Origin: a virus
Taxonomy: Duplodnaviria; Heunggongvirae; Uroviricota; Caudoviricetes
Direction: 5' to 3' (one strand)
Virus record (IMG/VR): IMGVR_UViG_2880329822_000001
Location: 64,001-101,118 of that record
Length of the DNA: 37,118 nucleotides
Positions 25,537 to 35,975 of this stretch are shown in pieces. A program made the translations under genes and the position numbers. The notes under the pieces were generated by a model. The model worked only from the letters and a program-made list of their open reading frames with translations, made no database searches and was not told the origin of the DNA. How positions within the stretch are numbered: the stretch's first letter is position 1; every line of letters starts with the position of its first letter.

Positions 25537-26640
25537 TCACACCGCCACTGGAACTTTGATCCACGGAAGAGGGTTATAGCCACAGATCTGCACATCATCC
25601 CATTTGAAATCGTCCAGTTCTGCCCATTCATGCGGAAAGATGACAACCGGATCAGAATTTCCAGGAATACCTCGCCCCATAAGCTCTTGAGCAGCCTCCA
25701 TGTGGTTGTCATACAGATGAACGTCAAAGCCAAAATGCACGAATGCGCCAGCCATGTGGCCGGTAATCTTCGCGAGGAAGTGGGTGAAAATGCCGTAACC
25801 GGCGATGTTGAACGGCATACCAACAAAGGTATCGACGCTGCGCTGCACCAGGCATGAGTTCAGGATACGTTTAGGGATGCCCAGTTCGTCCAGCATGTTC
25901 TCGGCAATGCCGCCATCTCTTTCCAGAAGACACAGCATCTGGGTGTAAATGGACTCATGGCCGTGGCGGTTGTGCTGAATGCCAATGTCGGTGGCCATCA
26001 TCAGCCGAGTTTCAAAGTCCAGCTCGCGACTCCACAGTGAGAACACGAAATGGCATGGCGGCAGCTTCATGTCTTCCAGTTCGCCAACATTCCAGGCATT
26101 CAGCAGAATGCGACGATCTGTAGGGTTGGTGCGAAGCGTGTCAACGATACGCTGTAGCTGGTCGATTTCACGGGACAAAACAACTCGATCTTCACTTACG
26201 CCCAGATACCCCTCGATCTTGTACCCGCGTTCACGGAACGTGTTGATTTTGCTCAAATACTCACTATGGCTCACGATGCGAGTGTCTTCCCACCTACGCC
26301 ATTGCTTGCCATAGACCGGGCCTAAATCACCATTTTCATCAGCCCAGGCATCCCAGATTTTTACGCCATTGTCTTTCAGGAACTGGATGTTGCCCGTTCC
26401 TTTTAGATACCACTCCAGCTCAACCAGTAACGGCTTTAGATTGACAGCTTTTCCTGAAATAAGCGGGACTGAGCCGCCCGTCAGCATGTAGTAGGAAGGG
26501 ACATATGAAACGCTTTTTGTGCCGATTCCAGTGCGATCACCTGCGTGAACTCCAGTGTTGAGCACCGTTTCAACCACTTTGACATATGAACCACTGGCAA
26601 ACTGACCGTTGGTATTTTCTCTATTAAGAAGGATAGACAA
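25537..26640 (-). CDS. thyA: Thymidylate synthase
   Basis: ELEWYLKG, IWDAWADENGDLGPVYGKQWR, DRRILLNAWN, LPPCH, QRSVD...PFN, DVHLY; two insertions relative to E. coli ThyA. Confidence 0.95.
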   Translation of the reverse strand: MSILLNRENTNGQFASGSYVKVVETVLNTGVHAGDRTGIGTKSVSYVPSYYMLTGGSVPLISGKAVNLKPLLVELEWYLKGTGNIQFLKDNGVKIWDAWADENGDLGPVYGKQWRRWEDTRIVSHSEYLSKINTFRERGYKIEGYLGVSEDRVVLSREIDQLQRIVDTLRTNPTDRRILLNAWNVGELEDMKLPPCHFVFSLWSRELDFETRLMMATDIGIQHNRHGHESIYTQMLCLLERDGGIAENMLDELGIPKRILNSCLVQRSVDTFVGMPFNIAGYGIFTHFLAKITGHMAGAFVHFGFDVHLYDNHMEAAQELMGRGIPGNSDPVVIFPHEWAELDDFKWDDVQICGYNPLPWIKVPVAV

Positions 26641-26830
26641 GTTAAACCTCGAAAGATAAGTAATTACATACCTATTATCTTACACGATTTTAACTGTATG
26701 GAATCTAGTCTCGCAATAAATAAGCAGAAAAAATGGTGGCACAAGGCCACCATAAAAGAGAGTAACAAATAGAGCTACAAAGAGATAGAAGACGGACACG
26801 CATCTATAATATATGATAATAAGTTAGTAC

Positions 26831-27706
26831 TTACAATTTATTTTTTACTACATCGTAAAGTGATGAAAACTTAGCCTTCTGAACAAAACGAGAGAGATCA
26901 ACATCACTATAGGTAGGGGATTTGAGTATTTTTCCATCTGAGAGACGATAGCCAATCATCATCTCAGTCCCTTCAGCATGTCTGAAGCCAAGATCATTTT
27001 TATCATATTTGCAGTTTTCAACCGCTATACGACGTTCCTCTATGTCTGCCGGCCATAGTTTTGTCATGTTAGAACGATGGATTTCAGACACCAGCTCGAC
27101 GATATCGATACCCAGAAACTCAGCAAGACGGTAAGTCATCATGCACGCAACGTAGATTTTATTCATAACACGGCGCAGCTCCTGGATAAGCTCAGAATCG
27201 CTTATGTTGGTGAATGCAAGTTTGTCAGCCAGTTCTTCCAGCATTATCGCCGCCTCATGTGCCTCCCTGAATGGCATAGCCATATCATCAAACACGGTAT
27301 TCCCAGGTACGTAAATAGTAGTCATGAATCGATCAACGCTTTGTTCTTGAGTGTAGTAACTCATACCTGTAGAGATGCCGCCCTTTATGGCCACCATTGT
27401 GCCAATTCCTACATAAAGAAAATCCGCCATTGCATCCAGTAATTGCTCAATATCCCCATTCATTGCGGCAGGAATACCTTCTGTTACAGCTTCTTCATGA
27501 ATTAGGCTCGCACGTAAACGTAACAGTGACGGATCTGGCATTACACGACGAGGATGCTGAAACAGTGCATGGAACTGGTCAACCATCATGTAAATACTTT
27601 CAGTAGCGCTACCAAAGCCTGGTTTAAGCTCATACGGCTCAGGTTTAAAACCTACCAGCTTGTCTGCGACTAGTTTCAGATGGTCGGTCAGTTTCGTGAA
27701 ATTCAT
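26831..27706 (-). CDS. MazG-like / dUTPase-type nucleoside triphosphate pyrophosphohydrolase
   Basis: LIHEEAVTE...LLDAMADFLYV and EIHRSNMTKL...GKILK patterns. Confidence 0.75.
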   Translation of the reverse strand: MNFTKLTDHLKLVADKLVGFKPEPYELKPGFGSATESIYMMVDQFHALFQHPRRVMPDPSLLRLRASLIHEEAVTEGIPAAMNGDIEQLLDAMADFLYVGIGTMVAIKGGISTGMSYYTQEQSVDRFMTTIYVPGNTVFDDMAMPFREAHEAAIMLEELADKLAFTNISDSELIQELRRVMNKIYVACMMTYRLAEFLGIDIVELVSEIHRSNMTKLWPADIEERRIAVENCKYDKNDLGFRHAEGTEMMIGYRLSDGKILKSPTYSDVDLSRFVQKAKFSSLYDVVKNKL

Positions 27707-27785
27707 GTTTTTCCTTTCCTTCATACATATTCATCGAGTCCATTGTGACCCAGCATGGCAAGGTCACGAAATTTTACTATCAGGC

Positions 27786-28928
27786 TTAAAGGTCTGCGAA
27801 ATGGCTTAGAGTGTCTCGATCAACAGTAGAGTCAATCTGACCGACGAGATAGGTGCTTTGTTCTGCCTCCTGTGGGGCGATCTGCAAAGTATCGGACAAC
27901 AGCCATTTGTTCATCCATACCAGTGGATCGTCTTTTATTTCTGGGAACAATGGCATAAGTCCAAGCCGGCGCATGGCCAGATTAGTTCGGTATTTTACAT
28001 AGCTTTTGAGGATTTCTGCGTTTAAGCCGATCATGGAGCCGTTTTTAAACAGATAGTCGGCCCAACGCATTTCCTGCTCCGCGACGTCCTTCATTGTCTG
28101 ATACACGAAGCCTTCTTCTTCAATGGCAATTTGCTTCCATATCAGACCTTCCCGACCAGTGCGCATAAAGCGAATCATGCGCTCAGTACCTTCACAGTGC
28201 AGCGCCTCATCACGCGCAATGAAACGCATAATTTTTGTATTGCCTTCCAGCAGTTTCCGCTCACCAAAAGCAAATGTACACGCAAAGCTCACATAAAAGC
28301 GGATCGCTTCCAGAGCATTTATGGAAACCAGGGTTCGGAAAAGCTGGCGCTGGAGAGAGTAGGGTTTACCGTCAAATTCGGATGCATAGAGACGCTCAAA
28401 CTCATCTTCGCCAACGTACTGGCGGGCGCAGGTCATCTCATACAGTTTATCGTATTCACTGGAGATACTGATTGCTCGGCTGATAATCTCTTCGTCAGTA
28501 ACGATCCCGTCGAACACAATGCTCGGATCATCAACCATACCGCGGATAATATGTGTATAGCTGCGGCTATGGATGGTTTCGGAGAAAGACCAGGTCTCCA
28601 CCCATGTTTCCAGCTCCGGGATAGAAATAAGCGGAAGCAAAGTCGCATTAGGGCTGCGTCCTTGAACAGAATCAAGAAGTGTCTGATAACGCAGATTGCT
28701 CAGAAAAATATGGCGCTCATGCTCTTGTAGCTTCGTGTTGAAGTCAATGCGATCGGTAGTTATGTCAACTTCTTCCGGACGCCAGAAGAAAGAAAGTTGC
28801 TTCTCGATTAGCTTTTCAAAGTCGCGGTACTTTTGCTGGTCGTAGCGTGCTACGTTTACGGACTGGCCTAGAAACATAGGTTCTTTCGTTGCGTCGTTGG
28901 CGCCCAAACGGAAAGTAGAATAGCTCAT
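27786..28928 (-). CDS. nrdB: Class Ia ribonucleotide reductase beta subunit
   Basis: [48 protein letters not shown]. Confidence 0.97.
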   Translation of the reverse strand: MSYSTFRLGANDATKEPMFLGQSVNVARYDQQKYRDFEKLIEKQLSFFWRPEEVDITTDRIDFNTKLQEHERHIFLSNLRYQTLLDSVQGRSPNATLLPLISIPELETWVETWSFSETIHSRSYTHIIRGMVDDPSIVFDGIVTDEEIISRAISISSEYDKLYEMTCARQYVGEDEFERLYASEFDGKPYSLQRQLFRTLVSINALEAIRFYVSFACTFAFGERKLLEGNTKIMRFIARDEALHCEGTERMIRFMRTGREGLIWKQIAIEEEGFVYQTMKDVAEQEMRWADYLFKNGSMIGLNAEILKSYVKYRTNLAMRRLGLMPLFPEIKDDPLVWMNKWLLSDTLQIAPQEAEQSTYLVGQIDSTVDRDTLSHFADL

Positions 28929-29045
28929 TAGTTTACCTTTGATGTAATTGAATTGTTTTATTGATTTATAAAACAAATTGTTATCTTATTTGGTTAAACA
29001 AGGTATACAACGTTTTGAAAAGGTGGGGATTTCTCCCCACTCTAA

Positions 29046-31355
29046 TTAGATTTTGCAAGCGCCATCGCACTCATCTTCTGGCTCTACCACGTCAGCAGCA
29101 GAGAAGGATGCCAAATCATCTTCACGCTTACCTGCCCCATCACGCGTGTTGTGGTAATAAAGTGTCTTCACACCTTTCTGATACGCAAACAGCAGATCTT
29201 CCAGTAGCTTCATCATTGGAACCTTATCACCTGGGAAGCGAGTCGGGTCGTAGTTGGTGTTCGCAGAGATAGCCTGATCGAAGAACTTCTGAATGATGGC
29301 CACCTTAGTCAGATAGCCGCGGTTATCCGGCATATCCCACAAGTACTCGTACTGGTCTTTCAGTTGTGCGAAGTCCGGAACGACCATCTTCACGATGCCG
29401 TCTTTGGAAGACTTCACTGACACCGGGCCGCGTGGTGGCTCAATACCATTGGTGGAGTTGGTGATCTGACTGGACGTCTCGCACGGCATTTGGGCGGTCA
29501 GAGTGGAGTTACGTAGACCATGCTCACAGATGCGACCACGCAGCTCTTCCCACGGCATTTTCAACTCGAAAGAAGTCTCCGGGTTGGCATCCAGCGTTTT
29601 GCGATAGTGGTCGACTGGCAACTGGCCCTGTGCATATTTGGTGTGGGAGAACCAGTCACATGCACCTTTTGCTTCGGCCAGTCGGCAGCTTGCATCAAGC
29701 AGGTAATACTGAATGGCTTCGAAGGTCTCATGCACCAATTGGTTGCCAGCAGCGCCAGAATAGTTAAAGCCGTTCTTCGCCAGATAGTAGGCAAAGTTGG
29801 TCACGCCAATACCCAGACTACGACGTGCTTTAGCCGGGATTTCTGCAGCATCCATCGGGTAGTCCTGATAGTCGAGCAGAGAATCCAGCGCGGCTACAGC
29901 ATAGAACGCCACGTCTTTCAGCGAGTCCAGCGTGCGGATCGCGCCCAGGTTGAACGCAGACAGTGTGCAAAGCGCGATTTCACCGTTCGGATCGTCAGTG
30001 AACGCCAGTGGCTTTGTCGGCAGCGTGATCTCCATGCAGAGGTTGGACTGGTGTACCGGCGCAATTTCCGGAACGAACGCGCCGTGATCGTTCATGTGGT
30101 CGACGTTCGCAATATAAACGCGGCCAGTAGAGGCACGCTCCTGCATCAGCGTCGAGAACAGTTCGACAGCCGGGATGGACTTCTTGCGAATGCTGTCATC
30201 GGCCTCGTATTGCAGGTACATCTCTTCAAACTTATCCTGGTCAACAAAGAACGCTTCATACAGACCCGGTACATCGTGTGGGCTGAACAGAGTAATGTTT
30301 TCGTTGCGCACCAGGCGGCGATACATCAGACGGTTAATCATCACGCCATAGTCAAGATGACGAACACGGTTCTCTTCGATGCCACGGTTATTTTTCAGCA
30401 CCAGCAGACTTTCAACTTCCAGATGCCAGATAGGATAGAACGCAGTAGCAGCGCCGCCGCGAACACCGCCCTGAGAACAGGATTTGACCGCCGTCTGGAA
30501 GTGCTTCAGGAATGGAATAACGCCAGTGTGGGTGGCCTCGCCATTGCGGATTTCACTACCCAGCGCACGCAGACGACCAAAACCTACCCCAATGCCTGCA
30601 CGACGTGATACATAGTCGATGATTGCGGAGGAAGCGGCGCTAATTCCCTTTAGGCTATCTTCTGCTTCAATCAGTACACAACTGGAGAACTGGCGGGTAG
30701 GTGTACGCACACCTGCCATAATTGGGGTTGGCAAAGACAATTTGAATGTGCTGGTAACGTCATAAAATCCTTTGACCATTTCCAGGCGAGTTTTACCTGC
30801 ACAACCATCTTCCCAATTTTGAAAGAGACACATGCCTACCAACATATACAACTGTTGCGGCCCTTCGTAAATTTCGCCAGTTACACGGTTCTGAACGAGA
30901 TATTTGCTAGCAAGTTGTACGGTTGCGGCGTAACCAAAATACTCATCGCGCTTAGGCTTGATGTAAACGCCCAACTCTACAATCTCTTCTGGAGTGTAGA
31001 ATTTGAGGAGATCTTCATCGTAAACGCCACGGCTCACGTTGCTCACGATGTGGTTATAAAAATTTGGATATTCGTACTGACCGAAGGCGTCTTTGCGAAG
31101 TTTGAACAAGTTCAAACGAGCGGCGACATTGGAGTAGTTTGGTGTTTCAGGAGAGATCAGATCAGCAGCAGACTTCACCAGTGCTTCATGTAACTGGCAG
31201 GTAGTCATTCCGTCAAAAATGCTTGCAGCGGCACCCATAGCGATTGCAGAAGCACTAACGTTGCGAATGTTTTCCACCCCCCACATAACAACACGATTGT
31301 ATTTTTCCTCAGACAACGGTTTTATAGAGCCGTCACGTTTTACGATGCTTATCAT
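29046..31355 (-). CDS. nrdA: Class Ia ribonucleotide reductase alpha subunit
   Basis: ATP-cone IVKRDG, QFSSCVL, QGGVRGG, QSNLCMEI, ALCTL, KTLYY, C-terminal CDGACKI. Confidence 0.97.
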   Translation of the reverse strand: MISIVKRDGSIKPLSEEKYNRVVMWGVENIRNVSASAIAMGAAASIFDGMTTCQLHEALVKSAADLISPETPNYSNVAARLNLFKLRKDAFGQYEYPNFYNHIVSNVSRGVYDEDLLKFYTPEEIVELGVYIKPKRDEYFGYAATVQLASKYLVQNRVTGEIYEGPQQLYMLVGMCLFQNWEDGCAGKTRLEMVKGFYDVTSTFKLSLPTPIMAGVRTPTRQFSSCVLIEAEDSLKGISAASSAIIDYVSRRAGIGVGFGRLRALGSEIRNGEATHTGVIPFLKHFQTAVKSCSQGGVRGGAATAFYPIWHLEVESLLVLKNNRGIEENRVRHLDYGVMINRLMYRRLVRNENITLFSPHDVPGLYEAFFVDQDKFEEMYLQYEADDSIRKKSIPAVELFSTLMQERASTGRVYIANVDHMNDHGAFVPEIAPVHQSNLCMEITLPTKPLAFTDDPNGEIALCTLSAFNLGAIRTLDSLKDVAFYAVAALDSLLDYQDYPMDAAEIPAKARRSLGIGVTNFAYYLAKNGFNYSGAAGNQLVHETFEAIQYYLLDASCRLAEAKGACDWFSHTKYAQGQLPVDHYRKTLDANPETSFELKMPWEELRGRICEHGLRNSTLTAQMPCETSSQITNSTNGIEPPRGPVSVKSSKDGIVKMVVPDFAQLKDQYEYLWDMPDNRGYLTKVAIIQKFFDQAISANTNYDPTRFPGDKVPMMKLLEDLLFAYQKGVKTLYYHNTRDGAGKREDDLASFSAADVVEPEDECDGACKI

Positions 31356-31432
31356 GTATTACCCGATTTAAAAGGCCACTAGATGTAGTAGCCTCATGTT
31401 AATAGATAAGCACCTACCTATCAATGTGGGGA

Positions 31433-32002
31433 TTATAAAATTCCTGTAAGAACATCTCGCACCTGACGGAATTGATCAGTCTGCATACCGGTATAAATCG
31501 ACGCGACTGCGTCAGCAAGATGCTCATTCTTGTTCACTAGCACTTCCTTTCCTGATTGCTTCCGGCGCAACCACGGTGCGTTTGGTTGCTTCTGCGTAGC
31601 CCACTGGATGATCTCTTCCTTCGACGTGGTTAGCTTATTCCCTACATAGTGCTTAATCTCATTTGGCGTAACCTGAATCAAAGGTTTGTCTACGCACGCC
31701 AGTACACCAATGCAGATGCCATAGGAGGTTTGAGCGCGACTGGACTGGCTACCTACCGGAAGTTCACAGAAAACCATATGAGCCTGCTCGATAATGGGTT
31801 TAGCTGTTCGCCATATTTCATTGGCGCGGCGTAGATCATCGCTATTCACGCGAACTGTCTTCTTGTTACCGCCTGCTTTGGTTTCCACCAGCGCCAGCTC
31901 GTAAATATCCAATTTATTCGTTTCCAGATCCAGTGTTCCCATTGCCAGGCCAAAGTTGCTCATTGAAGGGTCGACACCGACTACTCGTATGGTTTTACTC
32001 AT
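31433..32002 (-). CDS. RuvC-like Holliday junction resolvase
   Basis: VVGVDPS, CELP, VTPNEIK, HLADAVA. Confidence 0.8.
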   Translation of the reverse strand: MSKTIRVVGVDPSMSNFGLAMGTLDLETNKLDIYELALVETKAGGNKKTVRVNSDDLRRANEIWRTAKPIIEQAHMVFCELPVGSQSSRAQTSYGICIGVLACVDKPLIQVTPNEIKHYVGNKLTTSKEEIIQWATQKQPNAPWLRRKQSGKEVLVNKNEHLADAVASIYTGMQTDQFRQVRDVLTGIL

Positions 32003-32013
32003 TTTTAGTCTCC

Positions 32014-32754
32014 TTACCATGTTGCCCATATCGGGCATTCCATTAATTTCTGTTCGAGTGTTTTCTCATGTGTTTGGCGAACATGAACACTATTTATCTC
32101 GCTAACGTCGTCGTAAACCAGTGTACAAGACGAGATGTCATTGTCGATCATGGTCTGCTCAATGAAGTTACGTATGATATGTATTAGTTTGTTAGCCGCT
32201 TTTTCATCAAAGATAAATACATGGGGAAGAGTGACTTCAATCACGGCTACATCATCTCTATCACACCCGAAACCAAGTTTAACTCGCTCAGAAAGTGGGG
32301 AGAGTGGAGAGCGCTCGATACCAAAGTGACTAAATGCTGAACCAGATGCTGTAATGTGACTGGCGACCACGTTGGCACGTCGAATAAGGTTGGTGAAAGC
32401 TGTATTGATATGTGCTTCCATCGCTCCGTAGAGAGCATTCTCTTCGATGTTCAAATCACTCGTTTCTGGATTAACCACAAACCCTGGACCAGAGTGCGGA
32501 AGATATCCGCCTTCCGCAAACGGATTAATCAGGATTGGTGCCGTGCTTCCAGGCGGCATAGATTTTAGATTTGGCATCAATGGGGTCTCGGACAGCAGAC
32601 GAATAAGCAGCGCAAACTGATCAGTCAGAATATTTTTGTTGCATACAGCAAGACCTGGCGCTGCTCCTTCAGCGGTATAGCTGTTAATCAGATTGATTGA
32701 CTGCATCACGGCAAACATCTGCAAAAACTGCTGACGACTCAAGTTAAACGACAT
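32014..32754 (-). CDS. Hypothetical protein
   Basis: Long ORF overlapping the SbcC stop. Confidence 0.75.
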   Translation of the reverse strand: MSFNLSRQQFLQMFAVMQSINLINSYTAEGAAPGLAVCNKNILTDQFALLIRLLSETPLMPNLKSMPPGSTAPILINPFAEGGYLPHSGPGFVVNPETSDLNIEENALYGAMEAHINTAFTNLIRRANVVASHITASGSAFSHFGIERSPLSPLSERVKLGFGCDRDDVAVIEVTLPHVFIFDEKAANKLIHIIRNFIEQTMIDNDISSCTLVYDDVSEINSVHVRQTHEKTLEQKLMECPIWATW

Positions 32755-34660
32755 AGCTACGACCCTCTTTAACTTCAACAGTAATAGTTTCCCTGAACCA
32801 CGATTTCATCTCTTTGTGGGAAATGATCATCACTGTCCCGCGTTCGCGCGCCTTTGCTTCCAGAATACCCATGAGTCGCTCAAGGCCGGCAGTATCCAGA
32901 GCATCATCAATCTCATCGCCGATAAATAACTCGATACTCTTGCTAGCGCGACTGGCAACCAGATCCTGCAAGGCAAGAGAGCACGCAATACGCACCTTAC
33001 GCTTCTCGCCCCCAGACAAAGTATGGAAGGATTTACTGGAGCCTGTTTTGCTTACGCAGATATTGAACTTGTCACGATATTCGCCTTTTTTGGTGGCTTC
33101 CATTGTTGACCATTCGGCAATGATGTTCCCGTCAGAAAGAATATTGAGATATTCCGCAGTCCTGATATTCAGGAACGGTGTCACAGAAGTCAGGATATGA
33201 GAACGCACCCCAGCAGGGGAGTAAACCTGTCTAGCCTTATCCAGTAGCAAAGCTTGTTCTTGTATATTCTTTAACTCAGTTTTAAGTACACCATAGTTAG
33301 ATTTATTGGCAGCCAGACTTTCCTCATGGCGTTTGATAACAGCCAGAAACGGGTTAGTTTCTTTGGTAATGCGATTCACTTCGCTTCGCGCCCTGGCGAC
33401 CATAGCTTCTACAGCCACAACTTCTTTTTCCCGATGACGAAGCGTACCCAGCTTTTTAGTCAGTTGTTCGATTCTGGAAATAATGGCAGACACATCTGGT
33501 GTGCCGGCGACAAGTGATGATTCAATTTTGAGCGCCTTCTCAAGATGCTCTTGGTATTTAGCCACTGACGTTACAGATGCCTGCGCTTGGCAAATCTCAC
33601 TGCGCGCCTGTTCAACAAAACTCTCCTTTACGGTAGACAGATCTTCAACACAATAAGCCTTGCCACAGGTAGGGCATGGCTCACCGACTTTGGTATTAAC
33701 TTCTTCCGCTTTCATCTTGAATGCGCGAGCACGTTGCATCGCTTCCTTCTGGATGTTTTCGGTAACGCGGATGCTGGCGCGAATATCAGTGATCGCTCCG
33801 CGAACCTTAACCAGCTTGGCATCGTGCTCTTCTTTGGACGCAAGTTTTTCCCGCTCTTTGTCGATTGCATTTTCAGTATCGCGGATCTGATCAGGCAGAC
33901 TGCGTAACTCCATTTCGACCTCAGTGAGCGTGACTTCCGCCCCAACCAGATCAGCACGAGCGACGTCAAGTCGTTTGTCGCGGTCTCGCTCCCAAGCTGC
34001 AGATGAGGTTTTGGCAGATTCCAGCTCATTCTGGGACGATTCGACCAGAGACAAGCAGGTGTCCATCTTGGTTTTAGTGGTCTCCATTCGTGCGGCAGCT
34101 GCGTTGGCTCGTTCGCGAGCAATCGCGTAGGCTTTGGTAAGACGATCGACGCCGGCAGCTTCTTCTACGATAGTTTTGAGGTTTTTATCCGACATACCAG
34201 GCAAATCAGGCATCGCCTCCTGGCTGGCATAGATAGAGGCCATAAATACTTCTTTCGACGCACCGATCAGCCGCTCTACAAACTCTTGCGTCAGCGTGTC
34301 CTTACCTTTTGTCATGTCGCCGTCTTCACCACGAACGATCAGCCTGTTTTTGAACTCCTTATGTTTGCGATGACGTATGATGGCGTATCGCTTGCCCTCA
34401 TCCTCAATAGTCACCATCACTCGACAATTTTTTTCATGGCCCGTAGACAGAACATCGTCCCCTTTAACACCATGCGCAGTTTCGCCATAAAGACACCACA
34501 TCAAGCTGTTCATAAGAGTGGATTTGCCAGCGCCATTACTGGCGGCAGATGAATCGCCACTATTAATACCTTGTATTAGCACAAGCCCACGCTGATCTAA
34601 TTCGATATCGGCGTTAGCCAATGCCATAAAGTTTTCTACCTGGAGTTTTAGAAATTTCAT
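32744..34660 (-). CDS. sbcC: SbcC/Rad50 (T4 gp46-like) ATPase
   Basis: NGAGKS, coiled coil with CPTCG zinc hook, LSGGE, FIGDEIDDALD, ISH. Confidence 0.92.
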   Translation of the reverse strand: MKFLKLQVENFMALANADIELDQRGLVLIQGINSGDSSAASNGAGKSTLMNSLMWCLYGETAHGVKGDDVLSTGHEKNCRVMVTIEDEGKRYAIIRHRKHKEFKNRLIVRGEDGDMTKGKDTLTQEFVERLIGASKEVFMASIYASQEAMPDLPGMSDKNLKTIVEEAAGVDRLTKAYAIARERANAAAARMETTKTKMDTCLSLVESSQNELESAKTSSAAWERDRDKRLDVARADLVGAEVTLTEVEMELRSLPDQIRDTENAIDKEREKLASKEEHDAKLVKVRGAITDIRASIRVTENIQKEAMQRARAFKMKAEEVNTKVGEPCPTCGKAYCVEDLSTVKESFVEQARSEICQAQASVTSVAKYQEHLEKALKIESSLVAGTPDVSAIISRIEQLTKKLGTLRHREKEVVAVEAMVARARSEVNRITKETNPFLAVIKRHEESLAANKSNYGVLKTELKNIQEQALLLDKARQVYSPAGVRSHILTSVTPFLNIRTAEYLNILSDGNIIAEWSTMEATKKGEYRDKFNICVSKTGSSKSFHTLSGGEKRKVRIACSLALQDLVASRASKSIELFIGDEIDDALDTAGLERLMGILEAKARERGTVMIISHKEMKSWFRETITVEVKEGRSYVV

Positions 34661-34893
34661 ACGACCCCTCTAATTTTGTATGTCAGTTCCTGACCGCTTC
34701 TTAGTCTGAACTCCGTATGAGCCGGAAATGATCTACGATTCAAAACACCGACGTCAGAAAGTCGCCCAAGATAAAATGCTACGGGGTTACCGGTTGGAGG
34801 ATAAGGTTTGTGGAACATGACCGTCTGACCTCGTTCAAGTCTTCTCATCGTGGAGATGAAGTCCCGAAATCTTCCAGAATTGGTCGTATTCAC
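34657..34893 (-). CDS. Hypothetical protein, about 78 aa
   Basis: GTG start overlapping the SbcD TGA, RBS GGAGG; stop overlaps the SbcC ATG. Confidence 0.7.
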   Translation of the reverse strand: MNTTNSGRFRDFISTMRRLERGQTVMFHKPYPPTGNPVAFYLGRLSDVGVLNRRSFPAHTEFRLRSGQELTYKIRGVV

Positions 34894-35975
34894 ACTGCCT
34901 CCGCACTCTCCGCTTCTGTCAGGATCTCCTGACACAGCATATCCAGCCTGCTCAGGTCGAATCCGCCGTCAGTGTCGTGAATGATCTTGCAGTACGCGGC
35001 GACGGACTCGCCCAGGCTGTCTATTTTGCTGGTCTCCGCAGTACTGGCAGTGCCTTCCATCATCGATGCCTTGCGGATGAAGTTGCAGACGACTCCCTTC
35101 GCGCCCATTGTTTTCAGGACGTTCTGGAGTTTGATGCCTTCTTCATCGCTCTCAACAACAGCACGGAAGCGCACGTAGTTACCGCGGATTTGATCGTCTT
35201 CCACATCGTCCTCAAGGTTCACGAACTTGGGTGCGGAGGTTTCATGGTGGGTGAAAGTACCGTCCGGATTGACGATCATGAAACCGGCTAACGAACCAAC
35301 GTCCCCCCAATTCTGGTGTGTCAATGCTCCTATGCTTACAACGCCAGGTAGTACTTCTTTGTGATTGTGGTAATGTCCGGACAGCAGCAAACGGAAACCA
35401 ATGTCTTTTAATTCCTGCGCGTCGATCCCCACGTCAGGCATGGTTGGGATTGCTTTGTTGATTGAGGTATGAACTACAACGTCATGCTTTCCCTCGTCCA
35501 GCCCAGCTCGTAACGTTTTGAGATCGCTAATCAGCTCCGCGTGATTGTTTCTCCAACTCACCATGTGTACGGTTACGTCGCCAATTTTGATAGAGTGAGG
35601 GCGTTTACTACATACAATCTCCACGCCAATTGAGCGCAGAGATGCCGCAGCGTTAGCGCTGTAAACGGAGTCGTTTGTTTCAAGATCGTGGTTTCCAGCT
35701 AACATAGCCACTTTTAGACCGAGATCTTTGATAATCCATTCGTAGGTCTCCGTAACGAAATGCAGTACGGAAGGAGACACTGCGCCACGGACATGGAATG
35801 TGTCGCCGGCCACGAGCATGTATTTACACCCGGCTGATTTCATAGCTTTGGCTGCTTCTTTAGTAGCGTCGAGCTGGATTTCCAGTCTAGAGTTCAAACC
35901 GTCAGCGTTAGTGGTCGAAAAAGCATCCCAACGATGATAATGGGGATCTGAAATCACCCCGTATGGAACAGTCAT
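34890..35975 (-). CDS. sbcD: SbcD/Mre11 (T4 gp47-like) metallophosphoesterase nuclease
   Basis: SDPH, AGDTFH, GNHD, VH, GHYH. Confidence 0.92.
   Translation of the reverse strand: MTVPYGVISDPHYHRWDAFSTTNADGLNSRLEIQLDATKEAAKAMKSAGCKYMLVAGDTFHVRGAVSPSVLHFVTETYEWIIKDLGLKVAMLAGNHDLETNDSVYSANAAASLRSIGVEIVCSKRPHSIKIGDVTVHMVSWRNNHAELISDLKTLRAGLDEGKHDVVVHTSINKAIPTMPDVGIDAQELKDIGFRLLLSGHYHNHKEVLPGVVSIGALTHQNWGDVGSLAGFMIVNPDGTFTHHETSAPKFVNLEDDVEDDQIRGNYVRFRAVVESDEEGIKLQNVLKTMGAKGVVCNFIRKASMMEGTASTAETSKIDSLGESVAAYCKIIHDTDGGFDLSRLDMLCQEILTEAESAEAV

Noticed and set aside
25537-26640. Pyrimidine hydroxymethylase for base modification
   Set aside because: It retains the dUMP-specifying Asn (PFN), and the adjacent DHFR is needed only for true thymidylate synthesis
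29520-30608. Long antisense ORFs (e.g. 362 aa opposite nrdA, 209 aa at 61-690, 185 aa at 25300-25857)
   Set aside because: Shadow ORFs of GC-rich, well-supported genes on the other strand; no motifs
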